Source: a virus (lineage: Duplodnaviria; Caudoviricetes). Taken from it: a stretch of DNA of 64,000 bases. This document shows, piece after piece, positions 58,279 to 64,000 of the stretch. The position numbers and the translations under genes were made by a program. How positions within the stretch are numbered: the first letter of the stretch is position 1; every line of letters begins with the position of its first letter. The stretch lies in the IMG/VR virus record IMGVR_UViG_3300043093_000048, positions 192,001-256,000 of that record; one strand, written 5' to 3'. The notes beneath the pieces are model-generated. The model was not told the DNA's origin, did no database searches, and saw only the letters and a program-made list of their open reading frames with translations.

Positions 58279-60015
58279 ATGTCTTCTTATAAACAAATTT
58301 TAAGTAATTCTAAAAGAAATATAATAGATCAACCTAATATAATAAAGAGTAAAATTAATTATAATTATGAGAAATATTATAATACTCCTAAAATGATTTT
58401 AGTTATTGAAAATAAACAAATTTCTAAAGAAGTTTTAAATACTTTAGCACTTAATGATGATAATATTTCATTTAATATAGATTATGATGAACTAAATCCT
58501 GCTGTTTCTACTAATATTTTTAATTTCTTTAACCAATGGCATAGTAATTTAATAACCTCTATTGATGAAGAAACTGGTAGTAAATATGATAATGCTTTTT
58601 ATACTAATAACTATAATTTTGCTTATCATTATTTTATAGATAAAAAAGGTAATATATATGAAGGAAGACCGCATAATATAAGAGCCTTTAATTTAGATAT
58701 CTATAAATATGATAGAGAAATAGAAAGTGTTGAATCAAATAGAATATATGATGATAGTGGTAAAAGATTTCTTCCATTACTCAATCAAGGAAATCTTTTA
58801 TTTAATGATTGCTTAGTTATTTTAACTGAAGAACAAACAGATAGTATTGATACTACTAATGCTACATATACAGCTTTAAAAACATTATTAGTTTATTTAA
58901 GACAAAATTATGGATATGATAAATTCTTTGGATATAGTGAATTAAAAGGTGTTCCTTTTTCACAAGAAGATTATGAAAATAAAGATATATATAAATATAA
59001 TAATCCAGGAGTATTTTTTAAAATTAATGAATTACATTCAGCAGTTGAAAATACACAATTAGTTTCTTATAATAAAGTTAATGGCTCTACTATTACAACT
59101 TATACATATGGTAAAAGATCTCTTAAATATAATAAACCAAAACAAATGGAAGGTAATGACGTAATAATGTGTCAAAAAATGTTATATAAATTAGGACTAT
59201 TGCCTAAATATAAAAGCATCACTGGATCATACAATTTAGAAACTAAAAATGCTATTAAAGAATTTCAGCAAAAATATTATATAACACCAGAAAATGATTA
59301 TGGTATGGCAGATGTTAATACACTTAATATTCTAAGAAGTAAAATATATGATAAAAAAATGGAGAATATTAAATTAATTGATGATAATTATTCTCCATTT
59401 AGAGTATTAGAATATATTGAAGATAATAATATGACTGGTTATGATGTATTAATATTGCAAACTAAACTTAAGAAAATAATTTATCCAATTCTAGAAGTTA
59501 ATGGTATTTTTGATGAATATACTAGAGATGCTGTATTACTCTTTCAAGCAAAATACTCAACATATGTAGATGGTGAAATGATTGATGGAAAAGTTGGTCC
59601 TGCTACTTGGAAATTAATAATTGAAAATACAGATACTATTTTTGTTAGCAATAGTGATAGCTATATTGAAGGAGCTATTACACCTACTAAATGTACAGTT
59701 AGTAAAGCTAATATTACTTATCTACAACAGGCTCTTAATAAAATGCTTAAAACATATGGGGTTGAAATTCCAGTAACTGGTGGTTATGATGAATTAACTC
59801 AAAAATATATTAAGATGATTAATGAAAATGAATCTAATAGAAAAATTATTGGTTTAGATAAATATACTTATATAGATGAAAATGGAGAAACACAGTATTT
59901 AGATTGGACAAATGATGCTGTTCTTAAAACTTGTTATCCTGCTGAATTTATTTGGTTAATAAAGCATTATTTATTAAATGAAGATATAGATTTAGATTTA
60001 GTTCGTGAAAATTAA
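58279..60015 (+). CDS. Amidase_2/PGRP-like domain plus three peptidoglycan-binding domains (endolysin-like, possibly inactive)
   Basis: AYHYFIDKKGNIYEGRP; GNDVIMCQKML..TKNAIKEFQ; GYDVLILQTKL..TRDAVLLFQ..IDGKVGPATW. Confidence 0.75.
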   Translation: MSSYKQILSNSKRNIIDQPNIIKSKINYNYEKYYNTPKMILVIENKQISKEVLNTLALNDDNISFNIDYDELNPAVSTNIFNFFNQWHSNLITSIDEETGSKYDNAFYTNNYNFAYHYFIDKKGNIYEGRPHNIRAFNLDIYKYDREIESVESNRIYDDSGKRFLPLLNQGNLLFNDCLVILTEEQTDSIDTTNATYTALKTLLVYLRQNYGYDKFFGYSELKGVPFSQEDYENKDIYKYNNPGVFFKINELHSAVENTQLVSYNKVNGSTITTYTYGKRSLKYNKPKQMEGNDVIMCQKMLYKLGLLPKYKSITGSYNLETKNAIKEFQQKYYITPENDYGMADVNTLNILRSKIYDKKMENIKLIDDNYSPFRVLEYIEDNNMTGYDVLILQTKLKKIIYPILEVNGIFDEYTRDAVLLFQAKYSTYVDGEMIDGKVGPATWKLIIENTDTIFVSNSDSYIEGAITPTKCTVSKANITYLQQALNKMLKTYGVEIPVTGGYDELTQKYIKMINENESNRKIIGLDKYTYIDENGETQYLDWTNDAVLKTCYPAEFIWLIKHYLLNEDIDLDLVREN

Positions 60016-60051
60016 TTTGTTATTTATATAAAAATTCTAATTTAACAAATA

Positions 60052-60071
60052 AAATATATATTATTTTTATG
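60052..60071 (+). promoter_or_regulatory. Putative early-class promoter
   Basis: AAATATATATTATTTTTATG. Confidence 0.65.
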
Positions 60072-60111
60072 TACAAAAATGTATAATAAAATTAAATAGG
60101 AGGAATAATTT

Positions 60112-61455
60112 ATGCATTTTAAAGTTATTAATTTTGACGACATTTACAAACCTGAAAACGTTATTACTTCTACTGATTATATCAGTAGTGGTAAAAAGGA
60201 GAAGTTCAATGATGATGGTCTTTTCTCTGAAAGGATTTTTGGAGAAAATGCCGATGATACTTCAATTGACACAATTGGATGGATTTTATTTAAAGGGTTT
60301 AAGGTAATTTCACCTCTACATTTTGAAAGACTTAAAAAAGTCTTCAAGAATAAACCTTTGAATAAGATGTTGTCATATGAAACAAAGACTAATGAAACAG
60401 GTGAATTACTTCCAGTAGAAAACCTTGCTAATGATTGGTATAATATTGGAATTATTGGTTTCATTAACAACTTTGAACAAATATTAGAAGAATTAGGCAA
60501 TAAAGAAGTTCCTGAATATAAAACTATTAAGAAAGTTTATGATGATGGATTACTCTTTATTGATAAGTTTCCTGTAATATCTTCTAAGCTAAGACCTGGT
60601 ATGATTATTAAAGGTAGTAAAAATAAAAATAAAAATAAGAAGATTACTAAAACTACTGTTAAATATGATGATATTAATGGTCTTTATAATTTTATCTTAA
60701 AGTATTCTTTAGATATCCAAAAAAATCTTGAAACTATTGGTGGCATTGATCATATTGAAGATGAATGTAATGCAGATATTAAAGCAGGAATTTATCCTAT
60801 GCTTTATAATCTTCAGGATTATTGTAATCAAGTAATTATTTATATTATTAATAACTTCCTTAAAGAAAAGAAAGGAACATTAAGAAAACATATCGCTTCT
60901 TCTAGAGTTAATTATTCTGCAAGAAATGTATTGACTCCAAGACTTAAAGGAAATATTAATGATGTAGAATTACCTTATTTAACATTCCTTGAGCTATTTA
61001 GATTTCCATTAACTAATATGATAGTAAAAGGCGAAGGAATCACTTATAATGAAGCCGATGAATATATTCAGAATAGTAAAAGATATTTTAATAAAAAGCT
61101 TTATAATTATATGAATGAATATATTAAGAATAGTAAGGAAGGTGTTTCAATACTTCTTAATAGAAATCCATCTATTGCTATTGGTTCTATATTACAACTT
61201 AATGTAGCTGGAGTTAAAAGTGATTTTAGTGATTTAACTATTTCTGTAAGTAATAACATTCTATCTAATCTCAACGCTGATTATGATGGTGATGTTTTAA
61301 ATATTTTTGCTTTGTTAACTCAGGAGCAAAAACATTATTTTGATACACTAAAACCAACTAATTTAATCATCGATAAAAACAACGGAAAATTCGACAGAGG
61401 ATTTTCTTTGTCTAAGGATGCTAGATATGGATTAGAAATCCTTACAAAGATTTAA
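60112..61455 (+). CDS. rpoC: Phage RNA polymerase beta' subunit, N-terminal/catalytic part (probably non-virion RNAP)
   Basis: GLFSERIFG, KKGTLRKHIASSRVNYSARNVL, LLNRNPSI, catalytic NADYDGD. Confidence 0.92.
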   Translation: MHFKVINFDDIYKPENVITSTDYISSGKKEKFNDDGLFSERIFGENADDTSIDTIGWILFKGFKVISPLHFERLKKVFKNKPLNKMLSYETKTNETGELLPVENLANDWYNIGIIGFINNFEQILEELGNKEVPEYKTIKKVYDDGLLFIDKFPVISSKLRPGMIIKGSKNKNKNKKITKTTVKYDDINGLYNFILKYSLDIQKNLETIGGIDHIEDECNADIKAGIYPMLYNLQDYCNQVIIYIINNFLKEKKGTLRKHIASSRVNYSARNVLTPRLKGNINDVELPYLTFLELFRFPLTNMIVKGEGITYNEADEYIQNSKRYFNKKLYNYMNEYIKNSKEGVSILLNRNPSIAIGSILQLNVAGVKSDFSDLTISVSNNILSNLNADYDGDVLNIFALLTQEQKHYFDTLKPTNLIIDKNNGKFDRGFSLSKDARYGLEILTKI

Positions 61456-61467
61456 AATAAATTTAAT

Positions 61468-61507
61468 TTGAAGTAACTCTTCTTTAAGAGTTACTTCAAT
61501 ATTTTTT
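61468..61507 (+). terminator. Intrinsic terminator
   Basis: TTGAAGTAACTCTT/AAGAGTTACTTCAA plus a T run. Confidence 0.8.
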
Positions 61508-61553
61508 AGAAAGGTAAAATTTATATGATTTTTAAAATATAAATTCAAAATAT

Positions 61554-61573
61554 AAATTTATATTATATTAATG
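61554..61573 (+). promoter_or_regulatory. Putative early-class promoter
   Basis: AAATTTATATTAT-ATTA-ATG, one mismatch to the consensus. Confidence 0.55.
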
Positions 61574-61618
61574 ATAAAATTTTATAATTTTATTAAATAA
61601 CTAAAAGGAGTGAAAAGA

Positions 61619-62161
61619 ATGTCAAAGAAAAAAAATAAAAAAAGGAGGAATAGAAATAGTTATATTCCACGTAAAAGAGTGGAAGTAGATTCACCTCTTT
61701 CTTTGGAAGTAATGCATATTACTGAAAAGATTCAAGAAGAGGAAGGAAACTTATTTAAATTAGACAAAGAAAAAAGGGCTATTGTTGAAACAATTGTCGA
61801 TAAAATTTTGCTCAATTCAGAGCTAAAAGATTTAATTAGTAACTATTGCTGTTTAAATCATGAAATCGAAGAGAGAAAAAACACACAAAATAATCGTAAG
61901 AGAGATTTGGAATATAAGCAGTCTAAGTTAACTGAAGAAAATAAAACTGAAGTTAAAGTAATTACTGATTATATGAAAATCGGAGATGACGAAAGACCTG
62001 TTGGACTTTATAATACAGAATGTAAACATCCTGTAGCAATCTGTAAGCAAAAAGAAGTATACTTATCATATACAGATATAAAATTTAAAGGCTGTTTAAA
62101 ACATAAAGATAAGAAACCATGTAAACATTTACAATGGCTTCCTACAGACAAATATTTTTAA
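61619..62161 (+). CDS. Hypothetical protein with basic N-terminus and Cys/His-rich C-terminus
   Basis: ATG 61619 spaced from AAGGAG; CKHP..C..GCL..PCKH could bind Zn. Confidence 0.65.
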   Translation: MSKKKNKKRRNRNSYIPRKRVEVDSPLSLEVMHITEKIQEEEGNLFKLDKEKRAIVETIVDKILLNSELKDLISNYCCLNHEIEERKNTQNNRKRDLEYKQSKLTEENKTEVKVITDYMKIGDDERPVGLYNTECKHPVAICKQKEVYLSYTDIKFKGCLKHKDKKPCKHLQWLPTDKYF

Positions 62162-62181
62162 TTCATGAGGAGGAAATCATA

Positions 62182-62745
62182 ATGACTACTAGAAAAGATT
62201 TAAACTTTTTAATTTTATGTGGAGGTACTGGTAGTGGAAAAAGTTATATTAAAAATATGCTATGCGGACAACAGGGTGAATTTAACGCAGATCAAAGATT
62301 AACTTTTAATTCACCAATTCAAGTCACTACAAGAAAACAAAGAGAGGAAGAACCTTATAATTCTTATTTATTTATCAATAAAGAAACTTATGATGAACTT
62401 GTACTTAATAGTTGCCTAACTGCAAAGACACATTTTCATGATAATTATTATGGTACTTTAAAGAGCTCTTTAGTATATGGTAGATATGCAATTAATGTAA
62501 TTGTAGCTTCTAAAGAAGGTGCTGCTGATATTGCTAATATGTATGAAACAGATTCTTTTGTAAATATTAAAAAGGCTTTAATTCTTTCAGATATTAATGA
62601 TGAAATTATTGAAGCACATCATCGCAATAAGGATTTTGTAAAACAGGAAATCTATGATCTTTTAGCAGATTCTTATGATTACTATATTCCAAATTATATT
62701 GGAAAAAGAGCAACTCTTAAAGATGTTTTATCAATAATTTCTTAA
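62182..62745 (+). CDS. gmk: Guanylate kinase-like nucleotide kinase
   Basis: GGTGSGKS P-loop; TTRKQREEE..YLFI; FHDNYYGT; ATG 62182 after GAGGAGG. Confidence 0.8.
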   Translation: MTTRKDLNFLILCGGTGSGKSYIKNMLCGQQGEFNADQRLTFNSPIQVTTRKQREEEPYNSYLFINKETYDELVLNSCLTAKTHFHDNYYGTLKSSLVYGRYAINVIVASKEGAADIANMYETDSFVNIKKALILSDINDEIIEAHHRNKDFVKQEIYDLLADSYDYYIPNYIGKRATLKDVLSIIS

Positions 62746-62756
62746 AAGGAGAATGT

Positions 62757-63350
62757 ATGAAAGAATTAACTATCTATTCGGATGGTGGCTCTTTCAATAA
62801 TGGCTATAAAGACCCAGACAAACCAATGTATGGGTCTTATGGCTCTATTATTGTAAGAGATGGAGAAATAATTCATGAATATAGTGATTGGTATGAAAAT
62901 ATGACCAATAATCAAGGAGAACTTTATGGATTTATTAAAGCATATATGCAATTTTTAAAAGGTTATAAATCAAATGAACCTTATACAATTACAGTTGTAT
63001 CAGATTCTCAATATCTGATAAATGGTGTTAATAAATACTTAAATAACTGGAAGAAGAAAGATTGGCATACTGCTTCGGGTGATGATGTTAAGAATAAAAA
63101 TATGTGGAAAATTATAGATTTTCTAATAAATTTTAATCCAAACATCAAATTAATTTTTAAATGGCAAAAAGGACATAAAGGTAAGACAGTTAGTAAAGAA
63201 GAAAATATTGATATATATTTTAATGAACACTGTGATTCAATAGCTACTGAACAAATTAGTTTTGCTGTTGAAAATGGTGGAAAATACTTTCCACCAGATG
63301 TGTTTGAAAATATTATTGATAGTTTAGTAAAATTATTTAATATAAATTAA
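62757..63350 (+). CDS. rnhA: Ribonuclease HI
   Basis: IYSDGG, TNNQGEL, SDSQYL, VKNKNMW, WQKGH, NEHCDSIA. Confidence 0.92.
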   Translation: MKELTIYSDGGSFNNGYKDPDKPMYGSYGSIIVRDGEIIHEYSDWYENMTNNQGELYGFIKAYMQFLKGYKSNEPYTITVVSDSQYLINGVNKYLNNWKKKDWHTASGDDVKNKNMWKIIDFLINFNPNIKLIFKWQKGHKGKTVSKEENIDIYFNEHCDSIATEQISFAVENGGKYFPPDVFENIIDSLVKLFNIN

Positions 63351-63366
63351 AAGGAGTAAAAATATT

Positions 63367-64000
63367 ATGAGTAATTATTCAATTGATGTATTTATTAAGA
63401 AGATGGAAAAGGAATTTGTTAATCAGCCTATGGTAATTTATGGTACAATTTATAATAGTTGTACTTATATGTATAAGGTTGATAAGAATACACTTTTATT
63501 TAGAGTTGATACAATGGATCAGGAAGTTCTTGATGATTCAGTAATTAGTAAGTCAACTAAGGAATTTAAGCTTCCTATTATTGATTGTGGTTCACTTTCT
63601 CAGAATCATGTAACTGTTAAGAATTATTATGATTTTTGGATGCCACTTGAAGATTTTATTAAGGCTGATTCAACTAATGAATTTAAGTCTAATAAAAATA
63701 ATCTTTCTAGAAATAAGACTTATAAGTCATATATTCCTGAAAGAGAAAATATAAAGGATATTAATAAATATAAGATTAAGGATATTAAGAGTAAGTGTAA
63801 AGATAATAATAAGCTAGATAATAAGAAGAAGACTACTTTTAATGATTATCTTGCTAGTAATAAGAATAAGGAAAAGTCACTTGCTGAAAAATATAATGAA
63901 AAATTCAATAGCTATGTAAAGAAGATTACTTCATTACCTTTAGATCTTATTGATGTTCTTTCAAATAATACTACAGTTTCTTATGAAAAGAATAGAATGG
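63367..64000 (+). CDS. Hypothetical protein (3'-truncated by window edge)
   Basis: ATG after AAGGAG; frame is open to the end (MSNYSIDVFIKK...). Confidence 0.7.
   Translation, partial: MSNYSIDVFIKKMEKEFVNQPMVIYGTIYNSCTYMYKVDKNTLLFRVDTMDQEVLDDSVISKSTKEFKLPIIDCGSLSQNHVTVKNYYDFWMPLEDFIKADSTNEFKSNKNNLSRNKTYKSYIPERENIKDINKYKIKDIKSKCKDNNKLDNKKKTTFNDYLASNKNKEKSLAEKYNEKFNSYVKKITSLPLDLIDVLSNNTTVSYEKNRM

Noticed and set aside
4910-62951. Many short ORFs antisense to or overlapping long genes (e.g. 4910-5101, 14894-15214, 18878-19291, 22048-22281, 60177-60500)
   Set aside because: Shadow frames of low-complexity coding sequence; no RBS or recognisable motifs.
1-64000. tRNA/rRNA genes, DGR, phage-nucleus shell or tubulin genes
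   Set aside because: None recognisable by eye. Intergenic gaps are short and explained by promoters, terminators and introns.

Overview
AT-rich 64 kb segment of a jumbo bacteriophage genome of the AR9/PBS1/phiKZ type, which encode their own multisubunit RNA polymerases. The host is probably a Firmicute (AGGAGG-type RBSs, dockerin and BspA-LRR domains). Contents: the end of gyrA; two free-standing zinc-ribbon homing-endonuclease-like genes; a virion-type RNAP beta N-part gene interrupted by two group I introns (one with an endonuclease ORF in L1); a separate RNAP beta C-part gene with a third group I intron and a long N-terminal extension; a beta'-like subunit with NADYDGD; two tandem paralogous giant multi-enzyme tail lysins; baseplate, tail and head proteins; a holin-like gene; an amidase-like protein; guanylate kinase; and RNase H. 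Two promoter-like motifs (AAATATATATTAT-N4-RTG and AACW-N6-TA) partition the genes into putative early and late classes. Most notable: (i) a C39-like peptidase whose Cys half and His half lie in different tandem lysin paralogs; (ii) dockerin modules in a 2947-aa probable virion protein, suggesting cellulosome cohesins as receptor; (iii) unusual group I introns (one junction cannot be spliced canonically in frame, two lack P9, one has a 10-bp L1/L7.2 complementarity); (iv) an RNAP subunit that looks like a cleavable polyprotein. All calls come from reading motifs by eye; no searches were run.
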